NCBI GenBank assembly: GCA_043811535.1
Contig: JBDRNC010000038.1
Span: forward strand, 1 to 64,000
Direction: 5' to 3'
Length of the DNA stretch: 64,000 nt
From: Elusimicrobiota bacterium
GTDB taxonomy: Bacteria > Elusimicrobiota > Endomicrobiia > Endomicrobiales > JBDRNC01
A program made the translations under genes and the position numbers. Each line of letters begins with the position of its first letter. Positions within the stretch are counted from its first letter, which is position 1. The notes under the pieces are model-generated. The model saw only the letters and a list, made by a program, of their open reading frames with translations, did no database searches and was not told the DNA's origin. Below are positions 46,954 through 56,323 of this stretch, piece by piece.

Positions 46954-47828
46954 GGTTATTTCATTTCCTGACAGGGTTAGCATGCCTGATAATTGTGGTT
47001 ATGGTCTTTATAATAATGGGGAACATCGTATATTTTGGTATAGGCAACATTACATTGGATTTTCTTATTAAATCTCCGGAGTTGGGAATGACAGAAGGCG
47101 GTATATTCCCGGCCATATTCGGAACATTCGCGCTGGTTATGCTGATGACAATTGTAGTCATCCCGCTGGGTGTATTTACTGCCGTCTATCTACACGAATA
47201 TGCCCCCAAGAACTCTAAACTGCTTTACCTTGTCAGGCTTGCGCTTCAGAATCTTGCAGGGGTTCCATCGATAGTGTTCGGCCTGTTCGGCCTTGGTTTC
47301 TTTATTCAATTCGTAGGCCGCGGTATAGACAGCGCTTTTTACGGTGGTCAGCTATTCTTCGGCCAGCCGGCAATTGTTTGGGCGGCTTTAACTATGGCTT
47401 TGCTGACTCTGCCGACGGTTGTAGTGGCGACAGAGGAATCCTTAAGGGCTGTACCCGATTCATACAGGGAAGTTGCTTATTCACTTGGAGCCACGAAACT
47501 GCAAATGATCTTCAGGGTTGTTCTTCCAAATTCTGTAAGCGGTATTCTTACCGGAGGGGTTCTTGCGATAAGCCGCGGCGCGGGCGAGGTAGCGCCTATT
47601 ATGTTTACAGGTGCGGCTTACTTCCTGCCGTATCTTCCGACAAGGTTGAATGACCAGTTCATGGAATTGGGGTACCATATTTACGTGATGGCAACGCAGT
47701 CGCCGGATGTTGAGGCTACAAAACCGATATTATACTCTACGGTTCTCGTGCTGCTGCTTTTAACATTTGCATTGAATTTTACGGCAATATTTATAAGGGC
47801 GAGGATTAGGTCGCGTGCCAGAGGATAG
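46950..47828 (+). CDS. pstA: phosphate ABC transporter permease
   Basis: GGIFPAIFGT, NLAGVPSIVFGLFGL, SRGAGEVAPI. Confidence 0.93.
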   Translation: MRLFHFLTGLACLIIVVMVFIIMGNIVYFGIGNITLDFLIKSPELGMTEGGIFPAIFGTFALVMLMTIVVIPLGVFTAVYLHEYAPKNSKLLYLVRLALQNLAGVPSIVFGLFGLGFFIQFVGRGIDSAFYGGQLFFGQPAIVWAALTMALLTLPTVVVATEESLRAVPDSYREVAYSLGATKLQMIFRVVLPNSVSGILTGGVLAISRGAGEVAPIMFTGAAYFLPYLPTRLNDQFMELGYHIYVMATQSPDVEATKPILYSTVLVLLLLTFALNFTAIFIRARIRSRARG

Positions 47829-47837
47829 AATATTAAT

Positions 47838-48599
47838 ATGGATGGCAAAACAAAAATACAGGTAAAAGACTTCACTTTCAAATATTCAGGTATCACCGCC
47901 CTGAATAATCTTACGTTTGATATTTACAAGAATAAGATACTTTCAATAATCGGCCCCGCAAAAAGCGGGAAAACGACTTTCTTGAGATGTCTTAACCGCT
48001 TGAATGACCTCAATATTGGCGGAAACGTTGAGGGTGAAATCCTGTTGGACGGGAAAGATATTTATTCAAGAGATATGGATGTGTCAAATTTGCGCAAGAA
48101 GATGGGAATGGTGTTTGCCGTGCCAGTACCGTTACCCGGAACGATCCGAAACAATGTAGCATTGGGCCCGAAGCTGCACGGAATAGAAAGCCAGGCGAAG
48201 CTGGATGAGTTGATAGAGAAAAGCCTCAGGTCCGCGGTTTTGTGGGATGAGGTAAAGGACCGGCTTGACGAGCAGGTAAGGAATTTAAGCGGAGGACAGC
48301 AGCAGAGATTATGCCTCGCGCGGGTACTGGCGCTTGAACCGGAAGTGATACTGCTTGATGAGCCGTGTTCTGGGCTGGACCCGATTTCAACCGCTAAGAT
48401 AGAAGAGGCGTTGGGTGTCCTTAAGAATAACCATACAGTAATTCTGGTTACGAATAATGTTAACCAGGCGGCAAGGGCATCGGATTTGACCATGTTCTTC
48501 TTTATGGGGAAACTTGTTGAGTATAACAAGACCACGGAAATATTCACTAATCCTAAGAATAAACAGACAGAAGATTATATTCAGGGAAAATTCGGATAG
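47838..48599 (+). CDS. pstB: phosphate ABC transporter ATPase (degenerate Q-loop and H-switch)
   Basis: GPAKSGKTT, LSGGQQQRLC, LLDEPCSGLDP, TEDYIQGKFG. Confidence 0.88.
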   Translation: MDGKTKIQVKDFTFKYSGITALNNLTFDIYKNKILSIIGPAKSGKTTFLRCLNRLNDLNIGGNVEGEILLDGKDIYSRDMDVSNLRKKMGMVFAVPVPLPGTIRNNVALGPKLHGIESQAKLDELIEKSLRSAVLWDEVKDRLDEQVRNLSGGQQQRLCLARVLALEPEVILLDEPCSGLDPISTAKIEEALGVLKNNHTVILVTNNVNQAARASDLTMFFFMGKLVEYNKTTEIFTNPKNKQTEDYIQGKFG

Positions 48600-48636
48600 A
48601 CGACCGTTACTATTTAATGAACAGGAGTATCCTTGG

Positions 48637-49389
48637 ATGAGTGCCATAAGAACTGAAAAACTGAACGCTTTCTACAAGAAATTTCACGCTCTTAAAGATG
48701 TGAACGTTGAAATTAATGAGAAGGCAATTACAAGCATAATTGGCCCGTCAGGTTGCGGGAAATCTACGCTGCTTCGTTGTTTCAACAGGATGAATGACAC
48801 TATCAATGGTTTTACGGTAAATGGTAAAATATGTATCAGGGATAAGGACATATACGGAGATAAGGTCAGCCTTACGGATTTGCGGAAAAGAGTTGGAATG
48901 GTTTTCCAGAGGCCTAATCCGTTTCCGTTGACTGTATGGGAGAATATAGCTTTCGGAGAGCGCATACACAGATTGTCCGGGAAAGACGAGCTTGAAGGTA
49001 TTGTCCGGAGGAGTCTTGAAGCTACCGGCTTATGGGAAGAGCTGAAAGATAGGCTGCAGTCTCCGGCTTTAAGCCTGTCCTCTGAACAGCAACAGAGGCT
49101 TTGTATCTCAAGAGTTTTAACGGTTAAACCTGACATTATCCTCATGGATGAACCCTGCTCGGCGCTCGATCCTATGGCTACTTCACATATTGAAGACCTT
49201 ATGAGGGAATTGAAGCAGCATTATACGATTGTTATTGTAACGCACAACATGCAGCAGGCCTCCCGGGTTTCAGATTATACTGCCTACATGTATTTAGGGG
49301 AAATGATTGAATCCGGACCTACCGATAAAATATTTACTGTGCCGAAAGATAAGAAGACTGAAGATTATCTCACCGGTAAATTCGGTTAA
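48637..49389 (+). CDS. pstB: phosphate ABC transporter ATPase (degenerate signature)
   Basis: GPSGCGKST, GMVFQRPNPFP, LSSEQQQRLC, MDEPCSALDP, VTHNMQQA. Confidence 0.9.
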   Translation: MSAIRTEKLNAFYKKFHALKDVNVEINEKAITSIIGPSGCGKSTLLRCFNRMNDTINGFTVNGKICIRDKDIYGDKVSLTDLRKRVGMVFQRPNPFPLTVWENIAFGERIHRLSGKDELEGIVRRSLEATGLWEELKDRLQSPALSLSSEQQQRLCISRVLTVKPDIILMDEPCSALDPMATSHIEDLMRELKQHYTIVIVTHNMQQASRVSDYTAYMYLGEMIESGPTDKIFTVPKDKKTEDYLTGKFG

Positions 49390-49431
49390 GGGAGTTGTTT
49401 GATATAATACAATTAATAAATGGAGGCAGTT

Positions 49432-50094
49432 ATGTTAGAAGAGAAATTAGTAAATCTGAAAAAGGAACTTGTTGAATATGCCGGACTGGTTGAGTCCATG
49501 GTGGACAAAAGCATTAAAGGGCTTTTGAACAGAGAAAAGAAGATATTGCGCGAAGTGATTGAGGTAGACGAGCCCAAAGCGAACGATTTTGAGATCAGGA
49601 TGGATGAGCTTTGCACTAATCTCATAGCTCAATATCAACCCAAAGCCAAGAATCTCAGGCTAATCCTGATGGTACTGAGAATGTCCAATGATCTGGAAAG
49701 AATGGGCGATCACGCTGTAAATATCGTTGAAAGCGCCGAAATCCTGATTGAAAGGCCCCAGGTAAAGCCGCTTATCGATATTCCCAAGATGGGTGAACTC
49801 ACTACGAAGATGCTCAAAGAAGGAATAAATTCCTTTATCAATGAGGACGCTTCTCTTGCCAAGTCCGTTTGCGTGATGGATGACGGCGTTGACGACCTTA
49901 AGGATAAAATTTTGAAGGAACTCACAGAACTGATGATCTCGGATCCTACAACGATCGAGCGTTCTCTTCATTTGTTGAGAATCAGCGGGGATCTTGAAAG
50001 AATTGCAGACTTGTCAACCAATATCTGTGAAGACGTCATGTATCTGGTTCAGGGAAGGGTGATAAAACACCATAAGGATGAGGCAAACGCATAA
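49432..50094 (+). CDS. phoU: phosphate signalling protein PhoU
   Basis: QPKAKNLR, DLERMGDHA, LERIADLSTNICE. Confidence 0.93.
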   Translation: MLEEKLVNLKKELVEYAGLVESMVDKSIKGLLNREKKILREVIEVDEPKANDFEIRMDELCTNLIAQYQPKAKNLRLILMVLRMSNDLERMGDHAVNIVESAEILIERPQVKPLIDIPKMGELTTKMLKEGINSFINEDASLAKSVCVMDDGVDDLKDKILKELTELMISDPTTIERSLHLLRISGDLERIADLSTNICEDVMYLVQGRVIKHHKDEANA

Positions 50095-50120
50095 AAATGA
50101 TTGGGTGAAAATTAGACCTG

Positions 50121-50303
50121 AAAATGCTATAATGATTTTAAGTTACCGTCGAGACAGGTTCGAATGGCGTTTACTAGGGGACCCTTCATTTGAGGAAAAT
50201 GTTGAAATATCAATGTGAAACACAATTTAATGCAGGGACACCCCTAAGGGGACATGGTTTAGGTTTTAAGACGAAAACAACAGGTTCGAACCTGTTGTTT
50301 TTT
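50121..50303 (+). repeat. junction 1 (att-like unit)
   Basis: TGCTATAAT..CCGTCGAGACAGGTTCGAATGGCGTTTACTAGGGGAC, spacer, ACCCCTAAGGGGAC, terminator hairpin. Confidence 0.85.
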
Positions 50304-50355
50304 ATTAGATTAATTGGTACAGTTTTCATGAGGAGTACAACAGGAAGGGGTGTCG

Positions 50356-51705
50356 ATGTTAAAAGCTTTTAAGATTACATTACTCATAATTACGGTAGTG
50401 GTTATATGCATAATATTTGCAGGCCGTAATAAGCTGATGCAATCGTTTAAAATGACTTTTACCTCGCCCGTTAAGATACGGGTGGCTTATTGGGGCGATA
50501 GTGAAGAGAAAAAAGTTATTCAGCGCACTGTCAGGGAGTGGGAGAAAAATCATCCTGGCATAAAAATCAACCTTGAGCATATACCCGCCTATTACACCGA
50601 AAAGATACTCGGCGAGATAGCGGGTAATGTGCAGCCGGACATAATATTCTGCGAAGCGAATGTTTTTGTGACCTTCTTCTTTAAAGATGTTTTGCTTGAT
50701 ATGATGCCTTATATTGAAACGGATGCGGAGTTCCACTCTGACGACTATTTCCCAAAGATAATGCAGCGGTTTACCCGCGATGGCAGGATATATTGTATTC
50801 CTAGAGACGTGGCTCCATTCGCCTGCGTATTTTACAACAAGGATATGTTTAAAAAAGCGAACATTAAGATACCGGTTGACAGCTGGGGTATGAATGATTT
50901 TCTTAATGCGGCCATAAAAACTACTAAGGACTCTGCGGGAAAAAACCCGTCGGATCCCGGTTTTCAAGAAAGCAAGATAGTGCAATACGGGTTTTGGGGA
51001 TGGACTTGGACCAATTTTGTCTATGCTTTCGGCGGAGGAGTAGTTAATGACATTAATAATCCAACCCAGTGCGTACTTAACAGTAAGAGTTCTGTTAAGG
51101 GGTTGCAGTTCTATGTAGATCTGATGAATAAGTACAATGTGTCGCCAAAACCTGATATCCTGTCCAATATGGGGGTCAGCTCAGTACAGTTATTTGCGAT
51201 GGGTAAACTTGCAATGCTTCAATCGGGAATATGGGAAACTCCGGCGTTGCGCTCTTTGGTTAGCGATAAATTTGAATGGGACGTTGCGATGTTCCCGAAG
51301 GGCCCTGGCGGGAAAAGGTTGATAGATTCCGGAGGTTCCGGTTACGCCATATTGAAAACTACAAAACACCCGAAAGAGTCATGGGAAGTTGTTAAGTGGC
51401 TTACGGGTGATAGGGGTCAGGAATTCCTTGCGGAATCTGGTCTTGCCCAACCCGCAAATATCCGGTTGGCATCGGGCAGCATTTGGGTTGGGGATAATAA
51501 GAAGCCTAATAATAAAACAATGCTTAATGAAGCGGCAAAATATATGGTATTTCAGCCGTTTCATCCGGCCTGGCGCGAAGTTGAGGTTAAACTTATACCC
51601 GAGATTATGCATAATGTGATGCGCGGCGATATGAGTGTCAAGGATGGGGCAGATCAATTGACTAAAAGGATAAATATGCGGCTGCATTACAAATCCGAAA
51701 AATAA
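50356..51705 (+). CDS. sugar ABC transporter extracellular solute-binding protein
   Basis: N-terminal membrane anchor, WEKNHPGIKI, PDI, IYCIPRD..FYNKDMF, FAMGKLAM, WDVAMFPKGP. Confidence 0.85.
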   Translation: MLKAFKITLLIITVVVICIIFAGRNKLMQSFKMTFTSPVKIRVAYWGDSEEKKVIQRTVREWEKNHPGIKINLEHIPAYYTEKILGEIAGNVQPDIIFCEANVFVTFFFKDVLLDMMPYIETDAEFHSDDYFPKIMQRFTRDGRIYCIPRDVAPFACVFYNKDMFKKANIKIPVDSWGMNDFLNAAIKTTKDSAGKNPSDPGFQESKIVQYGFWGWTWTNFVYAFGGGVVNDINNPTQCVLNSKSSVKGLQFYVDLMNKYNVSPKPDILSNMGVSSVQLFAMGKLAMLQSGIWETPALRSLVSDKFEWDVAMFPKGPGGKRLIDSGGSGYAILKTTKHPKESWEVVKWLTGDRGQEFLAESGLAQPANIRLASGSIWVGDNKKPNNKTMLNEAAKYMVFQPFHPAWREVEVKLIPEIMHNVMRGDMSVKDGADQLTKRINMRLHYKSEK

Positions 51706-51816
51706 AATATTAGTATTTAAGAAATTATATTTGAATAGTATTGCGGTATAAAGGTACGCTTCACGAGGGTAAACGAAATGCCAGCAAATCCCGCAAAAAA
51801 TATTTTATTTTGCCTC

Positions 51817-51880
51817 TTGACAAATAAAAGGTTATGTGGTATAGTATTACTGAAATATTAAGTAGCATAAATAATTAAGC
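51817..51880 (+). promoter_or_regulatory. promoter plus AT-rich tandem operator
   Basis: TTGACA 51817-51822, 17 bp, TATAGT 51840-51845; ACTGAAATATTAAGTAGCATAAATAATT resembles 52926-52953. Confidence 0.7.
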
Positions 51881-51891
51881 AAAAGGTTAGT

Positions 51892-52905
51892 ATGCCTCCA
51901 AAAATAAGAATTAAGGACATTGCCAAGGAATTAGGGGTATCTTCTGCCGCTGTTTCTCTGGCGCTCAATAACAAATCCGGCGTCAGTTCAGATCTTAAGG
52001 CAAGAATAGTTAGTCATGCAGCAAAGTCCGGATATATTCAAAATGCAGGCTCATTGAAATCTGATTATGTCGCTGTTGTTTATGATATATCTGAAGGGCT
52101 TGTACCTCTGAACATTGAGATTACCCAGACACTGAAAAAGAACGGTTTCTTTGAGTTGCGCTACGCATTTTACAGCGATGAACTTCTGGATGATGAAAAG
52201 CAAAGGATATACTTCAATAAAATTACTGATGAGGATAGCGTAGCCGGATTGATAATAGTGGCCTTGAACATTTCGGAATTACTTCTGAACAGGCTGTTAA
52301 ACAAGAATATTCCCATAGTATTGGTGAATTGCAAAAGCAAGCACAACCTTGGAATAAACATAAATATCGACGATGAATTAGGCGGTTACCTGGCTGCGAA
52401 AAAATTGATCGAGTTAGGGCATAGAAATATAGGACTGATCCTTCCTGACGTATCCTATGACAATGTGTGGAATGAGAGGAAGGCCGGATACAAGAACGCT
52501 TTGTTAGAGTCAGGCTTGAAATACAATATTGATTATTTAGAGCCCGAAAATACGTTTACGGTTGAAGAGGCCGGTAAGGCGACGATGAATTTAGTCAGAA
52601 GGCATCCGGAATTAACAGCGATAATTTACGTAACTGACTTACAGGCTGTCGGTGGTATGCGGGCGATGAAACAAAACGGCATAAAGATACCCGATGACAT
52701 CTCTGTCATAGGATTTGATAACTCGAAATACTGCGAATTAGTCACACCCACGTTGAGCTCTGCCGAGTTGCATTTGAAGAAAATAGGCTCATTGGCGTCC
52801 GAGATGCTCCTGAAAGCCATGAGAGAGAATAACAAGCATAGTGAGAGCATCATTATGAGGCCAGAGATAATACTGCGTGATTCTTGTAGGAGTTTAGTTA
52901 AGTAG
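51892..52905 (+). CDS. LacI-family transcriptional regulator
   Basis: IKDIAKELGVSSAAVSLALNN, IPDDISVIGFDN, PTLSS. Confidence 0.9.
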   Translation: MPPKIRIKDIAKELGVSSAAVSLALNNKSGVSSDLKARIVSHAAKSGYIQNAGSLKSDYVAVVYDISEGLVPLNIEITQTLKKNGFFELRYAFYSDELLDDEKQRIYFNKITDEDSVAGLIIVALNISELLLNRLLNKNIPIVLVNCKSKHNLGININIDDELGGYLAAKKLIELGHRNIGLILPDVSYDNVWNERKAGYKNALLESGLKYNIDYLEPENTFTVEEAGKATMNLVRRHPELTAIIYVTDLQAVGGMRAMKQNGIKIPDDISVIGFDNSKYCELVTPTLSSAELHLKKIGSLASEMLLKAMRENNKHSESIIMRPEIILRDSCRSLVK

Positions 52906-52924
52906 CATATATTTTTTGCTCATT

Positions 52925-52956
52925 AACTAAATAGTTAAGTAGTACAAATAATTTAC
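52925..52956. promoter_or_regulatory. second copy of the AT-rich operator
   Basis: AACTAAATAGTTAAGTAGTACAAATAATTTAC. Confidence 0.5.
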
Positions 52957-53034
52957 GAGGAGGTGGTTAGAGGCACATAGAGACGGCCATGCATCTTGAG
53001 TGCGCAAATTTTGATTTCAAAACGGGAGGATTGT

Positions 53035-53664
53035 ATGAAAAAGTTAATAGTTGGCTCAGTGTGTCTTGCGTTATTCGCGGCGTGCGCAAGTTATGGTTTC
53101 GCCGCTAGAAAAGTTTCAAAAAATGAGACACCGGCTTCCGGGGATTCTTCTCAGATGAAAACAGTATCAGCAAACACATTGTCAAATACAACTGTTTTCA
53201 TTAATTTCGAGAAGGATACTGAAAGGTACGGTGTTTGGCAAAAGGATATCAAAGATCCTTCCCAGGGCATCAAATACGAAATTGTATCCCCCGGGGTTGA
53301 CGATAGAGGCAAGTGTGTTAAACTTACATATGACGTGGATTCTCCAAACGAGGCATACTGCGGTTTCTGGATGACAATAAACGCGGACCTTCGGGAATAC
53401 AAGAAGCTGGTTTTTTGGGCAAAAGGCGATAAATCAGCCGGCTTTACGTCAACGATAAAGACAGAGTTAAAGAACAATATGGAGTCCAGCGCCCCATATA
53501 CGGATAAGATCACAAGTAGATGGACAAAAATTGAGATACCTTTAGAGGATTTCAATACCATAACTGACTGGTCGAAAATGATACAGTTTGTTGTGACTTT
53601 CGATTCCCAGGTTACTCAAAAAACAGGTGTGATTTACCTTGACAACATAGGGTTTGAGAAATAG
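53035..53664 (+). CDS. secreted CBM11/CIA30-like protein
   Basis: GGAGG RBS, signal peptide ..GFAAR, KLTYDVDSPNEAYCGFW, KLVFWAKGD, GVIYLDNI. Confidence 0.72.
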   Translation: MKKLIVGSVCLALFAACASYGFAARKVSKNETPASGDSSQMKTVSANTLSNTTVFINFEKDTERYGVWQKDIKDPSQGIKYEIVSPGVDDRGKCVKLTYDVDSPNEAYCGFWMTINADLREYKKLVFWAKGDKSAGFTSTIKTELKNNMESSAPYTDKITSRWTKIEIPLEDFNTITDWSKMIQFVVTFDSQVTQKTGVIYLDNIGFEK

Positions 53665-53787
53665 CAGGAAGCGTATGTCTTAACTGATAACATCGGTCCG
53701 GGGCGGTATATTTAGGCAACTCCGGGCCGGTGTTGTTAGCTGAATAAGGTTGTAACTGGGGAATCTATACTTTACAGGGGCATATAA

Positions 53788-55863
53788 ATGAAGAATATCG
53801 TATTTGCGGCGCTCTTGCTTTTGATTCCCGTGCAGCTTTTTTCGGATATTAAGGTTAGCCTTCCCGCTGAAGACTATAACTACCTGCTTGGTATTGCCAG
53901 CGATACATGGTCATGCATCGATTATCTGGTGGAACCGGAAACCGGACTGCCTTATGATTCGACTATCAAGACAAAGGAATTTACTTCGGTCAGTAATATA
54001 GGCGTGTATATCGCCGCAATTTCCGCGGCGGTGGAGATGAATTTACTGGACAGGAAGGAAGGTGTTAAGAGGATTTCCAGGATTTTGGATTCATATAATA
54101 AATTCTCAGTTTGGAACGGATTCGCGCAGTGCTGGCATAGCGTGAAAACATTGAAACCGGACACGAATGACCCTTGGATATCCATCCTGGATTCAGGCAA
54201 TCTCGCTGGCGGCCTGATAATAGCACGCCAGGAGTTCCCGGAAATCGGGGGCCGCATATCTGGAGTCCTTGAAAAGATGGATTGGGCAAAAATATACAAT
54301 CCTTCCAGAAATCTTCTTTACGGCGGATATAACATGAAGACAGAGAAGATAAATAAGTCCTGGCTACTCGCGATGATAGGAACCGATGCCAGGGCGGCGT
54401 ACATAGTCGCGATAGGTTCAGGGAAGATTCCGCCGGATTCATGGGTAAAACTGCAAAAGAACAAGGAGCGCAAGTATTCGTTGTCATACTATCAGCCTGG
54501 TTGGCAGGGCGGGGGGCTGTTCATGCAGTTCATAGATTCCTGCTTTTTTGACATACGATACACGGAAATGTGGAAATCAGCGGCAGCATTTGCCTACGCG
54601 CAGGCATTTCACGCGAAGCTTATTGATTCGCCGGTATGGGGTTGGTCGGCGTGCGATTCTCCGGATGACGGATACCTGGGCTTCAATAACCATAGGGATT
54701 ATGTTGTCGCGCCGCATGCCTCGGTTCTCGCGATCTCGCTTTTCCCTGACGAAGTAATTGCTAACATGAGGAAACTTGAAGAAATGGGGGCGCGGTCAAA
54801 ATATGAAGTGAACGGAAATAAATACAATTTCGGATTCAGGGATGCCATTGACGTGGTTAAGAATAAATCCACGAATACATACCTGATGTTCGATCAGGGA
54901 ATGCTACTTTTAAGTATATGCAACTATATCTGTGACGGCAAGTTATGGGAGTTGAGCAACAGGGACCCGGTTGTCAGGTACGCGAAGCGGTTGATACCGG
55001 ATATGCGGCAGGACAGGCCGGGTTTTTATGATTTTATGTCGAAATTATACGTTGACGGCATTTATGTTGCGGTGAAATCCGTGAACGATAAAAAAGAATA
55101 CAAGTCCGGCGATGAATACAAAGGACAAATTTCGTTAATCTGCGATGACGTGGACATAAACGGAAAGTATAAAGTATCCTGGCGGTTAATTGAGAAAAAT
55201 AACGGGAAAATAGTAAAATCAGGTTCGGTTTCATCGACAATAGCTGATAGTACCGATAAAATTGCCGACTCATTCAAATTCATTACTCGCGAAGGCGAGT
55301 ACTTGCTGCAAGCGGTAGTTTTGGATAAAAATGGCTCGAACCGCGCATCCGACAGTTATGAATTTACCGTAGCGGATTACATAGATCTAAGCGGAGCGTG
55401 GTATTTTAATTCCGGTGACGATATTTCATGGAAGGACCCAGACTATAATGATTCAGACTGGAAAACCATCACAGTACCGGCCAGGTGGGAAGATGAGGGT
55501 TACGCCGGTTATGACGGTTATGCGTGGTACAGGCTGAAAGTTAAGATACCGGAAAAGCTCAAAATAAGCTGGAAAGATGGGGTAATAAACTTAAATATCG
55601 GCGGGATAGACGACGCCGAACAAGTATATATTAACGGAGTAATGATAGGAGAGGCAGGATTTCCTCCGAATTTCAGGGACGGGTTATGGGACAAGGAAAG
55701 GAATTACAAAATTCCATTTGAAAATATTAAGTTCGGTCGGGAGAATGTACTGGCTGTCAGGGTTTACGACAATAGATTAGAAGGCGGCATCTGGAAAGGT
55801 CCTGTAAGGATTATACATAAGCCAGTTGCGAAGGGAGTGAAATTTAATCCTCCGCGCTGGTAA
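53788..55863 (+). CDS. secreted glucoamylase-like (GH144/GH189-related, beta-1,2-glucanase clan) hydrolase with C-terminal jelly-roll sugar-binding domain
   Basis: TGLPYD, TSVSNIG, SILDSGNL, GGLFM, WGWSA, VVAPHA, FGFRDA, FDQGM; C-terminal DLSGAW..VPARWE..GYDGYAWYR. Confidence 0.72.
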   Translation: MKNIVFAALLLLIPVQLFSDIKVSLPAEDYNYLLGIASDTWSCIDYLVEPETGLPYDSTIKTKEFTSVSNIGVYIAAISAAVEMNLLDRKEGVKRISRILDSYNKFSVWNGFAQCWHSVKTLKPDTNDPWISILDSGNLAGGLIIARQEFPEIGGRISGVLEKMDWAKIYNPSRNLLYGGYNMKTEKINKSWLLAMIGTDARAAYIVAIGSGKIPPDSWVKLQKNKERKYSLSYYQPGWQGGGLFMQFIDSCFFDIRYTEMWKSAAAFAYAQAFHAKLIDSPVWGWSACDSPDDGYLGFNNHRDYVVAPHASVLAISLFPDEVIANMRKLEEMGARSKYEVNGNKYNFGFRDAIDVVKNKSTNTYLMFDQGMLLLSICNYICDGKLWELSNRDPVVRYAKRLIPDMRQDRPGFYDFMSKLYVDGIYVAVKSVNDKKEYKSGDEYKGQISLICDDVDINGKYKVSWRLIEKNNGKIVKSGSVSSTIADSTDKIADSFKFITREGEYLLQAVVLDKNGSNRASDSYEFTVADYIDLSGAWYFNSGDDISWKDPDYNDSDWKTITVPARWEDEGYAGYDGYAWYRLKVKIPEKLKISWKDGVINLNIGGIDDAEQVYINGVMIGEAGFPPNFRDGLWDKERNYKIPFENIKFGRENVLAVRVYDNRLEGGIWKGPVRIIHKPVAKGVKFNPPRW

Positions 55864-55930
55864 AAGATGCAACTCTACGCAATATGGTCTACCACGTCTA
55901 AGATTAGAGCAATCAAATACGCAATTATTA

Positions 55931-56277
55931 TGCTATAATGTTTTCAGGTTTCCGTCGAGACAGGTTCGAATGGCGTTTACTAGGGGACCCTTAGTTTTCA
56001 GAGTATCCCTTGCGGATACTGCTGAAAACTAACAGTTGTTTGAATGGGGATTTGAACCAGCCGACAAAATCGGCTCTGTTCAAGAAATCCCGCGCGCCCG
56101 TCCGAAGTTATGATTTTAGTGCTGCGAATAGCAGCGTATACTAAAATCATGTCAACGAAGGAGGGTTAGCCACCCCACGACTTAAAACACAATGAAATAT
56201 CAATCAAATATGGTTAATCCAAATTTGACCCTCAAGTAAACGCCATTCGAACCGCTCACTAATCTGAGCGGTTTTTT
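55931..56277 (+). repeat. junction 2 (att-like unit containing a split tRNA-His 3' copy)
   Basis: Left arm 55963-55988; GTTAGCCACCCCACG 56165-56179; inverted arm GTAAACGCCATTCGAACC 56236-56253; terminator. Confidence 0.85.
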
Positions 56278-56323
56278 GTTTACTAATTTCACATGGAGCA
56301 TAAGGTATGATAATGGTGAATAG

